37,840 nt of DNA. Origin: a virus (taxonomy: Duplodnaviria; Caudoviricetes). A program made the position numbers and the translations under genes. Position 1 is the stretch's first letter; every line of letters starts with the position of its first letter. The notes below the pieces were generated by a model. It was given only the letters and a program-made list of their open reading frames with translations. It had not been told where the DNA came from and made no database searches. The stretch covers positions 1 to 37,840 of the IMG/VR virus record IMGVR_UViG_3300023105_001410; one strand, given 5' to 3'. Below, one piece after another: positions 1 through 8,565 of the stretch.

Positions 1-333
1 AATAAAAAAATTTTTTCTGAGGGGTGAGGGGTATATAAATTAAAAATTGCAGAACTGCTACTTAAAGCTTAATGATCTCTTTTCCACTCTTTTTAAAAAT
101 TGGGTGATGCAGAATCACCACCTCACTTCTATAAGTACTTCCCTAGAAAAAACTGCGCAACAATTTTTTTTAGTGCAGAACCCATTTCGGGCGTCCTCTA
201 GTAGTATTGCGTGGTTGCAGTTGATCATCTACAGTAGTAGTGCTTAGTGTGTAAGCGCACAGTGTAAACAGTAGTAACAGTCTAGTCATACACATACTTA
301 TAAGCAAAAAAACGCTAGAGCACAGCGATAGCG

Positions 334-353
334 TATATGAGCTTGCTCATATA
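334..353. repeat. Perfect 9-bp inverted repeat TATATGAGC-tt-GCTCATATA
   Basis: Read directly from the sequence, in the non-coding left region. Confidence 0.8.
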
Positions 354-525
354 GTGTGTGTAACGAGAACCTCTTAACTGTGGCAATCACGATGTCTAAA
401 GGATAAGTAATTGTATGTGCGCACAGTGTAGTACACAGTTTGAACACTCATGTCTTACACGCTGGAGCATAGCTATATAGTAATTGCGAACTAGCTGTCA
501 CACTGTGCACACTATTATCTTTGTT

Positions 526-741
526 ATGTACACACTCAAACTCATATACGATCCAGAGCCAAGAACACAAACGCTCAAAGAGTCAGTAACATACTGTGCT
601 ACAATAGATCTATTTGTAGACTACGGTATAGAGTCATTTCAAACTAGTGCAAGTGAGATTGCATTTGAATCAGATAGGGATCGTACGTTTGCTGCACTAG
701 TACTAAGTGCTAGTCGTTCATTTACACCAGTGATACTCTAA
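526..741 (+). CDS. Hypothetical protein (71 aa from ATG 526)
   Basis: ORF 484..741 with an internal ATG at 526; protein-like composition; no recognisable motif. Confidence 0.5.
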   Translation: MYTLKLIYDPEPRTQTLKESVTYCATIDLFVDYGIESFQTSASEIAFESDRDRTFAALVLSASRSFTPVIL

Positions 742-916
742 ATAAGACTCATCTTTTGTGTAATCAGCATTGTAGAGGTGTTACAGCACACTGCAAACAG
801 TCTGTCGTTATGGTTGGTGTCTTTTTGTATCTTTGTGTGTGTACAGTATCATTGTAGTGGGGAATCGATTTTGCGCTGAGTAAAACACTGTAGTCTGCTG
901 TGCAACAAGTGTTTTA

Positions 917-980
917 CCGCTTCGCGGCTCTAGGATCTAGCGCAAGCGGCTGCGCCGTTTTTGGGCTTAAACGCTTCGCG
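917..980 (-). other. Cluster of GC-rich mini-hairpins with GNA triloops
   Basis: Minus strand CCGC-GAA-GCGG (917-927), CGGC-GCA-GCCG (947-957), CGC-GAA-GCG (972-980), lying between convergent genes. Confidence 0.6.
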
Positions 981-984
981 CTGT

Positions 985-1455
985 TTAGAATCGTCGCTCT
1001 AGTTGTATTTCAACAACCATACGCAGTACGTTTTCTGTTTGTGGAGCTTCGTGTAGTACTGGCAAATGTCGGGCATATGCTACCAAACTGTTTGGAGTGT
1101 ATTCCACTCTATCTCCGTCTATAACTGTTGCACCGTGCCACTGGCGATCCCATGTGATGCAGGGATGATACAACAGTGTGAGTTGTTCTACTTGTGCAGG
1201 ATCAGTTTCTGGTAATATGTGAGGTTGGCGTACAGTTTGTGCAATGCCTCTTGTTTGGGTAATTTGCCATGCGCCAGGTATGTGCGTGTGCACAAGACTG
1301 TGCACAACTGGTTCAAGTTCCTTGTCTAGGGGTGTTTGCCAACACACACGACTATCTAGTTCACCAGAGCTTAGTGTATAACTCCATGATTGAAGTTTAA
1401 GCTTGTGCACAAACTCTAGTTGATCACTGTAACTCAAACAGTCGTTTACAATCAT
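985..1455 (-). CDS. Degenerate 2OG-Fe(II) oxygenase-like protein
   Basis: LTLLYHPCITWDRQWHGAT ... YTPNSLV ... H ... R parallels the neighbouring oxygenase; the HxD Asp is absent; ATGA overlap with the upstream gene. Confidence 0.55.
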   Translation of the reverse strand: MIVNDCLSYSDQLEFVHKLKLQSWSYTLSSGELDSRVCWQTPLDKELEPVVHSLVHTHIPGAWQITQTRGIAQTVRQPHILPETDPAQVEQLTLLYHPCITWDRQWHGATVIDGDRVEYTPNSLVAYARHLPVLHEAPQTENVLRMVVEIQLERRF

Positions 1456-2030
1456 TGTGCATGAGGTCCTTGGAATTTAACAGCAATTGTAAATCGATAT
1501 CTTGGGCCTAGTGGTGTTTGTACATGTGCTAGATGCGGTATTACACTGTCAAATACTACTATACGTCCTGGCTGGAATCGCACCACATACTCTATTTCCT
1601 GTGCACCATCGTCTAGGAATACAGTTTCTCCTCCCCAGTGTGTTTGCCACTCTTTGTTAGCATAGTAGAGCAAAGTTTTAGTTTGGCCGTCATCGTCGTA
1701 TGCGTCTACATGTACTTCTTGTACATCACTCTTGATTCCTAGGTTTATGTATGCATTCCATACCGACCAATCTTTTGGAACAAGTTGTTGTATTGCACTT
1801 TCTCGCTTGCCTGTGGTTAGTGCAAACCTATCCAAGTGCTGTGGCGCAAGTCTTGACACTAGTCGTCTGTCTTCGATGTTTTGCACTTCTGTTGCATTTG
1901 TTTGTGATATAGAATATGGCAGTTGTAGTACACCTTCGTGTATACCGGTTATTTCACTAGTACTGAATAAGCCATCCAGTACTGTGATTGTGTGTCCGCT
2001 TTGTGTTGTGTGTTGTGTTTTTTTGATCAT
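1452..2030 (-). CDS. 2OG-Fe(II) oxygenase (prolyl-4-hydroxylase-like)
   Basis: HVD, TLLYYAN..W...WGGET, PGRIVVFDS.IPH and RFT motifs. Confidence 0.85.
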   Translation of the reverse strand: MIKKTQHTTQSGHTITVLDGLFSTSEITGIHEGVLQLPYSISQTNATEVQNIEDRRLVSRLAPQHLDRFALTTGKRESAIQQLVPKDWSVWNAYINLGIKSDVQEVHVDAYDDDGQTKTLLYYANKEWQTHWGGETVFLDDGAQEIEYVVRFQPGRIVVFDSVIPHLAHVQTPLGPRYRFTIAVKFQGPHAQ

Positions 2031-2036
2031 ACGTAT

Positions 2037-2065
2037 ACTATACAGTCAAAACAACAGTTTGTCAA
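2037..2065 (-). promoter_or_regulatory. Sigma70-type promoter, leaderless
   Basis: TTGACA-17-TATAGT-6 nt-ATG(2030). Confidence 0.8.
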
Positions 2066-2072
2066 TTGTTTT

Positions 2073-3500
2073 TTAGCTTGCTACGTTTGTGTTAGGGAAT
2101 GTGTTTGCTAGATATTGACGAACTTGAGCAACTTCATCATTAGTCAGTGATCGATCATAATAAATGAACTCGTACATATAACCTTGGTTGTATGAATAGC
2201 GACTGTAGCCTATGCCGTATATGTCTAGGTCTGAACCGTATGTGCCCCAGTTAGAAGTAACTGTGTCAATACTGCCTGTGTTTCCGATCCAGCGATATAC
2301 ATAACCATTAGTCGATCCCGGAGAACTGTATCTTACACCGTGTTGGTTAAATGAATCTGAGTTACCAGCTAGGCTAAAGTTAAATGGTCTGCCATCGTTG
2401 TTGTGAATATGGTAAAAGCTGTCATCGCCACTCCATTCGCCCAGTGTGCCTGGACCACCGTTTACATTGCCTAACCAGCCAAATGAGTTGCTGCCGTAGG
2501 CATCGTAGTACACAATAAACATTGTAAAAGCATTTTGCTGACTGCTGTTGAACATCCTAATGTTAGTACCATTTGAGAAACGTAGTGTTCTATTACCACT
2601 AAAGTCTACATAGGCATAACTTGTTCCGCCTTGGTTATTAGTATACTTTGTAGGACGACTGCCGTTACCACCACTTGTTAGATTATAACCAGTTCCATAT
2701 GAACCTTCGTTTAACCAAGCGTAGCTGTTACTACCATTGCTTACATTGTCACCAAGCCATGAATTTTTGTACCATAGAGCAGGCTCTGGAATAGAAGATT
2801 CAGGCTCTGGAGGAGTAACTGGATCCAAGCTTGTGTCTAGTAGCGTAACGTTTACAACTGCGTTGTTTATGTCTAGTGTAAATGTAAGTGTTTCGTCACC
2901 TTCAGTAGAGTTATCAGCTGTAGAAGTAACAGTAAGGATACCTACATTATTGTTGATAGTGATGTTACCTGTCAGACTTGCTCCGTTAATATCAGAGCTT
3001 ACTACACCACTTAGTGTATAACCTAAAGTTGTGCCGTCGGATATACCAGTTGTCCTAACAATAAAGTTGACACTGTTACCTTCGTTAATGCTACTTACAT
3101 CAGATGATACAACGTATGTAATTGGTATAGTGTAATTTGTTGCAGCAGGCAATGCTGACGAAACTTGCTGAACTTCAGCACCCATAACAACAGCACTAAT
3201 ATTACCAGTATCGGTTCTTATAACAACACTTTGACCAGCACCAACAAATACACCAGTTCTCTCAAAAACACCGTTAGGTTCTAGAACCATTCCGTGCTCT
3301 AACACCATCGCATTTAAATCGTCTCCAAGTGTTCCGTCATCGGTTACTGCTAACGAAAAAATTGTACTTTCTGTTGACGATCTATTACAGATGTTTATCG
3401 ATACTGTAGCAGTATTGCCTGGATCAGTACCGTCTGTTTGATATATAACTTGTTCGGTTAGTTGCCCTACGTCAACTGCTGATAATCTTCCTGTAGCCAT
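2073..3500 (-). CDS. Putative virion structural/adhesin protein (N-terminal anchor, Calx-beta/Ig-like domain, C-terminal LamG/ConA-like domain)
   Basis: G/S/T/N-rich; SINEGNSVNF...TEGDETLTFTL Ig-like motif; Pro-rich linker; C-terminal EFIYYDRSLTNDEV..V..YL; TAAATA upstream. Confidence 0.6.
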   Translation of the reverse strand: MATGRLSAVDVGQLTEQVIYQTDGTDPGNTATVSINICNRSSTESTIFSLAVTDDGTLGDDLNAMVLEHGMVLEPNGVFERTGVFVGAGQSVVIRTDTGNISAVVMGAEVQQVSSALPAATNYTIPITYVVSSDVSSINEGNSVNFIVRTTGISDGTTLGYTLSGVVSSDINGASLTGNITINNNVGILTVTSTADNSTEGDETLTFTLDINNAVVNVTLLDTSLDPVTPPEPESSIPEPALWYKNSWLGDNVSNGSNSYAWLNEGSYGTGYNLTSGGNGSRPTKYTNNQGGTSYAYVDFSGNRTLRFSNGTNIRMFNSSQQNAFTMFIVYYDAYGSNSFGWLGNVNGGPGTLGEWSGDDSFYHIHNNDGRPFNFSLAGNSDSFNQHGVRYSSPGSTNGYVYRWIGNTGSIDTVTSNWGTYGSDLDIYGIGYSRYSYNQGYMYEFIYYDRSLTNDEVAQVRQYLANTFPNTNVAS

Positions 3501-3537
3501 CCTATATTCCTAATAAAAACTTAGTTTTCTTATACTA

Positions 3538-3543
3538 TATTTA
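3538..3543 (-). promoter_or_regulatory. T4-like late promoter core TAAATA
   Basis: GATAAATA in the intergenic gap ahead of a structural-type gene that has an AGGA SD. Confidence 0.55.
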
Positions 3544-3552
3544 TCTCATTGT

Positions 3553-5208
3553 TCAAATGTATTTATTTTTATTAAGCTGCTCTCCCCACTGTTTGAATGA
3601 ATAGAGTTTTGCATCAGTAGTATGAATATAATCAGAATTGTTTTGATGTTTTACAACACCTTGTCCTGAAACTATATCACCGTCTCTGTATGCAAAGGGT
3701 TTTTGTATTGTTACATCTATGTATTCTCCATACCCTATACCTAGAGTAAGAAATGTAACCCAGCGTCCGTTCTTGCCACGAAACACTCTTCCATTTGCTA
3801 TTACACCTGCAAACTCTACACGCTCAAGCCATTGTTGTCGAACATAGCATCCTGGAATAAATCCGTGTTGCCACCAACCTGGTTTTGTGTCTATTCCTTT
3901 GCGATGTGCTTCACACTGATATACCCATGCTTTGTATGATCCTTGACAGTGTTTGAGGTTGGCTCTCCAGAATGCTTCTGGATTGTGTGCTTTTTGGTAG
4001 GCCAAGGCCCATATGAGCCTTCCAAGATTAACTGCGTGAGCTCTGCATAACCCAAAGCCGCTAAGTTCTTGCAGTGCAGCCATAGCCTCTTGCTTACGCG
4101 GATTGTTACCCAGTCTTTCAACAAATTCCAATATCTTTTCATCATTCTTTTTAGCAAATGCTCTCCTATACATATCTGCTTCGTACATATCTACACCAAT
4201 GATGTTTGATATAATATCAATAGCATCATCTTCAAACACTACTGAGTCTTGTACAACTTCTTGTGACCAGTCTTGGAACATGGCTGCTTTCTGTCTGCCA
4301 CTTAGTGCTACTGGTCTTATCATTGCTGTTGCAAACACACAGTCGTAAACTGATGTAGGCTGTATGGCACGGAACAATCTGCGCATAGCAGGGCTTTCTC
4401 CCTGGGTGACGCCTAGTACATCGCCTCTACATAGTAACGCTGCTGTACGGTCGTCGTATGCAGGATAAGACGCCAATTCAGTATCTGGGTCTATCTCCAT
4501 AAGTTGTGATAAACCTCTGTTTGCTAGTATGTCTACCTTGAGATGTTCAAGGTCTTCTACTTCATATTTGTCTAGTAGTATTTGGTTGTCTGCTGATATA
4601 AGTGATTTTGGTAATTGCCTTGTAAACATTACGATGCCTCCACAGTGTTTGGATATTGCTCTTTTCTTTCCCATAAGTTTGCGTTCAATCCGTTTTGCTT
4701 CTTTAGGATCAACGCCAACTGACTCGTATGAGAAGTTGCGTGGAAGATTACCTGTGGCACCGAGTCGCTTTGCAGCTTCTCTTCGTGCACTTTTTTCTTT
4801 GTAGGTTACGTAGTTGCTCAACCGAGCAGTCTTACCTGGCCATTTGCGGAATATCCTTTCCATGACTTCCGTCTGTCGATGATGTTCAAAGTCTATATCC
4901 ACGTCAGGTAAGTCGTCCCTCAAAGGGTTCATAAACCGTGCCACAGGTATGTTCCACTCTACCGGGTCTACATCTGTAATACCCAATAGATAGCACACAA
5001 GACTGCTGCCCGCAGAGCCTCTTGTCATATGAGTAAGGTCTGTGGTTAGGTCAATGATGTCACAAATTTGAAGGAAGTAATCAGTGAATCGCTGAGAGAG
5101 AATGAGCTCAAATTCTTCAGCTAAACGATTTTGATATTCGTCTCCTGGTGGGATAGGCCTCTTGAATCTATCTAATAGCCTTTGTATATTTTCTAAATCT
5201 GTTGCCAT
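3553..5208 (-). CDS. dnaE: Family C DNA polymerase (DnaE/DnaE2-like), lacking the PHP domain
   Basis: RGSAGSSLVCYLLGITDVDP, RFMNPLR..LPDVDIDF (D102/D104), KHCGG, KVDIL (D226), MIRP, GFGLCRAHA, C-terminal OB-like segment. Confidence 0.92.
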   Translation of the reverse strand: MATDLENIQRLLDRFKRPIPPGDEYQNRLAEEFELILSQRFTDYFLQICDIIDLTTDLTHMTRGSAGSSLVCYLLGITDVDPVEWNIPVARFMNPLRDDLPDVDIDFEHHRQTEVMERIFRKWPGKTARLSNYVTYKEKSARREAAKRLGATGNLPRNFSYESVGVDPKEAKRIERKLMGKKRAISKHCGGIVMFTRQLPKSLISADNQILLDKYEVEDLEHLKVDILANRGLSQLMEIDPDTELASYPAYDDRTAALLCRGDVLGVTQGESPAMRRLFRAIQPTSVYDCVFATAMIRPVALSGRQKAAMFQDWSQEVVQDSVVFEDDAIDIISNIIGVDMYEADMYRRAFAKKNDEKILEFVERLGNNPRKQEAMAALQELSGFGLCRAHAVNLGRLIWALAYQKAHNPEAFWRANLKHCQGSYKAWVYQCEAHRKGIDTKPGWWQHGFIPGCYVRQQWLERVEFAGVIANGRVFRGKNGRWVTFLTLGIGYGEYIDVTIQKPFAYRDGDIVSGQGVVKHQNNSDYIHTTDAKLYSFKQWGEQLNKNKYI

Positions 5209-5268
5209 GTTAGCCTCTTGCTTGTCTTTATATGCCTAGTACGCAATACATTGCGCAAGAGTATTTAG
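5209..5268 (-). promoter_or_regulatory. dnaE leader: TAAATA promoter, hairpin and AGGCA motif
   Basis: CTAAATAC (5261-5268), GCGCAA-TGTA-TTGCGT hairpin, TAGGCATA...GAGGCTAACATG. Confidence 0.5.
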
Positions 5269-5277
5269 CATCGAGAT

Positions 5278-6705
5278 TTATTCATCTCCTAAATTATTGA
5301 GGAATTGTCTTAGTTTTGTTGAATCTGTTTGGGCACGTATCTTACCTACAGTATCACCTTCAGTTGGATCTTCACGTTGTTGTCCTTCTTCTATAGGTCC
5401 ACCACTACTGCGTTTGATTTGATCAAATACTGTTGACTTACGTTTGTTAAACTCTTGATACTCTTCATCCTCTCCTAAGTCGCGAATACGTAGACTATCT
5501 ACGTCAAACTCTAAATCAATCTTTTGTCCAACGCCACTTGAACTTCTAGTCTTCATTAACTGTATTTGATAGCGTCCACGCTCACGCATAGCTCTACTTG
5601 TAAAGATACCTATGAGGTTGTCCGCCGTGTTAATTTTCGATATACCGCCACTAATATGACTATGGTCAAATTCAATCTCCTCTACTGAACTTCTGTTCAA
5701 CTGCGATGCTGTTACAAAGATACAGTTTAGTTCCATTGCTAGGTTGCGTAGTTCTTCTGAAACATACTTGTCTTTAACAAACAAGTTTTCTGCGCTAATT
5801 TTTGCTGCGATAGGATGCATAAGATCTAAGTAATCAATTAACAGCACATCTACTTTGCGTCCTGTCTTGATTTCATACTCTTTTAAATACGCTCTAATGT
5901 CATTTGCGTTCTTGCCGGTGGGCATGTACTTGACCTGAAATGCACCTGACTTCTTACCAATCATTTTAACTTTCATTTCAACATCGTCAATGCTCTTAAA
6001 CACATCACGACTTGGAATATCTGTGGTCATTGAATCAAGACGCATACTAACTAAGTTCTCTGAAAGTTCAAAAGTCAAATACAGTACATTCATGCCTGCT
6101 AAACACCAGTTCACACCCATGTTTGCTAAGAACAAACTCTTACCTGAACCAGAGCCACCTGCAAAGATGTTTAATTCGCCTCTGTTGAATCCGCCAAACA
6201 ATTTCTTGTCTAAGCTGGGCCAACCTGTGCTTACTTGTCCGTTCTTGTCTTTGATTGCTTCTAGACGTGCCCTTGGATCTGCAAAGTAATCTGTGCCTAG
6301 ATCTTTTTGCAAGCCAATCTGTACTGCTTTCTTAACCAAATCCTCCACCGGGCCATACTCCCCTTTTTCCAGCAAATCTGCGCTAGTAAGGATGGCCGCT
6401 TCCAAAGCCTTGTGTCTGGAGAATGTTTCAAACTCCTGAAGTAGCCAGTCATAGTGATTCTCCTGTAGTTGCCCTGGGTCTTTAAGATCAATACTTGTTG
6501 CAGCATTTATCATATCAAATGTAGGCAAACTGTTATGTTCTTCTACATAATCTTTTAAAAACTTTGCAGTATCTTGTAATCGTCTATCAAATGTTTTAGG
6601 ATCAAATACACCCTGACAGCGCACAAATGATTCTGCATCTGTCATAAACATTTCTAGATATACTTTCTGTATATCGTATCCGTAATCTGTGTTCTGTCTA
6701 GTCAT
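5278..6705 (-). CDS. gp41: Replicative DnaB-like helicase (T4 gp41 family)
   Basis: Walker A GGSGSGKS, LIDYLDLM, TASQLNR, KINTAD, MKTR. Confidence 0.93.
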   Translation of the reverse strand: MTRQNTDYGYDIQKVYLEMFMTDAESFVRCQGVFDPKTFDRRLQDTAKFLKDYVEEHNSLPTFDMINAATSIDLKDPGQLQENHYDWLLQEFETFSRHKALEAAILTSADLLEKGEYGPVEDLVKKAVQIGLQKDLGTDYFADPRARLEAIKDKNGQVSTGWPSLDKKLFGGFNRGELNIFAGGSGSGKSLFLANMGVNWCLAGMNVLYLTFELSENLVSMRLDSMTTDIPSRDVFKSIDDVEMKVKMIGKKSGAFQVKYMPTGKNANDIRAYLKEYEIKTGRKVDVLLIDYLDLMHPIAAKISAENLFVKDKYVSEELRNLAMELNCIFVTASQLNRSSVEEIEFDHSHISGGISKINTADNLIGIFTSRAMRERGRYQIQLMKTRSSSGVGQKIDLEFDVDSLRIRDLGEDEEYQEFNKRKSTVFDQIKRSSGGPIEEGQQREDPTEGDTVGKIRAQTDSTKLRQFLNNLGDE

Positions 6706-8198
6706 TGTTTTCCTGTGAATACTTTTACGTTATACATTGTAGCAAACTCTTGTGCATCTGTCAAGTCATTTACAATAGGCTTGCCTTTGATATTTAGGCT
6801 AGTGTTTAGCAGTACTGGACAGCCTGTTTCTTCATACCAACGTTCTAACAATTTTCTAAAGCCCACGCTTTGCGTTGCAGAAACTGTCTGTACCCTAGAG
6901 GTGCCGTCCCCGTGCGTGATTGCAGGTAGTCCAGGATCCGTGCAAGTTGCAGTGTATTGCATGAAGGGTCCGACAGGTCCGTTGAAATAGGCAGACGCAT
7001 GTTCCTCCAATACTGCTGGCGCAAAAGGTCTAAACTTTTGTCTTCTTTTGATTTCATTGACTCTGTCTTTGATGTCTGCGCCTCTGGGGTCTGCAAGTAA
7101 GGAGCGGTGTCCAAAAGCTCTAGGGCCAAACTCTGCCCTGCCATTAGCAACCCCACAGATGCCAGTAGTAAGTAGTTCTTGTAATGCTTCTTCAACAGGA
7201 TATTCTCCTTCTATATTATATCCAGTGTACATGTGTGGCATGGGCATATGTTCTTTTCGATGTGCCAGCACACACCCTACTGCTGACCCTGCATCTCCTG
7301 GATTTGCCATTATATGTACATTATCCCAATCACTTGTTAAAATGCTGTTAGCACTACAATTTAGTGCACACCCTCCCATAAAAACCAAGTTACCCGTAGG
7401 TGATTTCCATCTAGCCCAGTTGCTTATTATCTTTAGGATATACTGATAGACTGCTTGGGTAGCTGCTGCAATATCAAACATGTCTTGTTCTGTAGTTAAA
7501 TCAGGGCGCCACCATTTACAACCTCTATGAAGATTGTGTTTAAACTTAATACGTGGCTTGTCGTTGAATATGTGTAGCCAACTGGATTCGTCTGGCACTT
7601 CAATAAAATCGTTTAGAATGTCGTTGTACAAGCGTAGGGGGTCACCATATGCTGCCATGCCCATAAGAATATATTCATCCTCTTGTGGCTTTAGTCCTAT
7701 ACGCTGGGTCATAGCACTATACCACAAGCCTATAGAATGCGGGTATGATTGTCTATAAATTTGTTTGATTTCTTTGTCTTTTCCCTGCCAGATAGTGAGA
7801 GTGTCAAATTCTCCAATGCTGTCGATAACAATAATGCTGGCTTCTGTAAAAGGACTAGTATAATAACCGGCAGCAGCATGGGAGCGATGATGATCAATAT
7901 ACCTAATAGGAACATGTAGCCCATAAGATCCAAGATACTTAGTAATATTGTTTTCGCCCAACCGTATTCCTTGCCCTGCTCTATATTGTCTAAGAGTTTT
8001 GACAAGGGGTCTTTCGTACCAAATAATTTCATCTGGTTCTCCCCATTGTTTTGCATATTCTATTAATTCATTATTAAGATGGCTGTCATTCTTAACGCCG
8101 CTGAAACGTTCGCTATGACTTGCAAATTCTAAGCCTTCGTTGTTAAACACAGCCAAAGCAGCATCGTGACTGTTAGCACTAATTCCCCATGTTATCAT
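6702..8198 (-). CDS. Carbamoyltransferase (NodU/CmcH family)
   Basis: HDAA, ERFSGVKND, HHRSHAA, EYILMGMAAYG, GGCALN, GDAGSAVG, EFGPRAFGHRS, FRPFAP, LLNTSLN. Confidence 0.93.
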   Translation of the reverse strand: MITWGISANSHDAALAVFNNEGLEFASHSERFSGVKNDSHLNNELIEYAKQWGEPDEIIWYERPLVKTLRQYRAGQGIRLGENNITKYLGSYGLHVPIRYIDHHRSHAAAGYYTSPFTEASIIVIDSIGEFDTLTIWQGKDKEIKQIYRQSYPHSIGLWYSAMTQRIGLKPQEDEYILMGMAAYGDPLRLYNDILNDFIEVPDESSWLHIFNDKPRIKFKHNLHRGCKWWRPDLTTEQDMFDIAAATQAVYQYILKIISNWARWKSPTGNLVFMGGCALNCSANSILTSDWDNVHIMANPGDAGSAVGCVLAHRKEHMPMPHMYTGYNIEGEYPVEEALQELLTTGICGVANGRAEFGPRAFGHRSLLADPRGADIKDRVNEIKRRQKFRPFAPAVLEEHASAYFNGPVGPFMQYTATCTDPGLPAITHGDGTSRVQTVSATQSVGFRKLLERWYEETGCPVLLNTSLNIKGKPIVNDLTDAQEFATMYNVKVFTGKQ

Positions 8199-8401
8199 AC
8201 AATAATATCTATCCTTGGCATGTGAGGATGGTGTTTAACCTCCTCACCTTTTGCGTTATACGATTGAAACACAATTTCCTCAATTCGTGTTTGGCCTTTT
8301 TCTTTTATGTGCCGTACGTGAACTTCTGTGTCTACTTTAGGTGTAGAAAAGGTTTGTGTGTAGTAACTTAATACTTGATATGATCCAATATTTTCTATCA
8401 T
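8195..8401 (-). CDS. Hypothetical protein (68 aa)
   Basis: ATGA overlaps with both neighbours. Confidence 0.6.
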   Translation of the reverse strand: MIENIGSYQVLSYYTQTFSTPKVDTEVHVRHIKEKGQTRIEEIVFQSYNAKGEEVKHHPHMPRIDIIV

Positions 8402-8565
8402 TTATATATGAATGGATCCTGTTCTCTTAATTTTTTAATTTTGCGTCTAAATTCTATTTCGTCTTTGATCTTATGATATGGCCATGATATCACAGTCCAT
8501 ACAAATTTTAATATATTACATATTAAATTATACAATTTTTTTAAATATTTTTTAATGAAAACCAT
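8398..8565 (-). CDS. Small basic protein (55 aa) ending ...LREQDPFIYK; absent from the ORF track
   Basis: Manual translation MVFIKKYLKKLYNLICNILKFVWTVISWPYHKIKDEIEFRRKIKKLREQDPFIYK; fills the gap after primase; TGA overlaps the next ATG. Confidence 0.65.
   Translation of the reverse strand: MVFIKKYLKKLYNLICNILKFVWTVISWPYHKIKDEIEFRRKIKKLREQDPFIYK

Noticed and set aside
47-247. Plus-strand 66-aa ORF
   Set aside because: TTG start, no SD, crosses homopolymer tracts, no motif
900-1124. Plus-strand 74-aa ORF
   Set aside because: Overlaps a better-supported minus-strand gene and the hairpin cluster; no RBS seen
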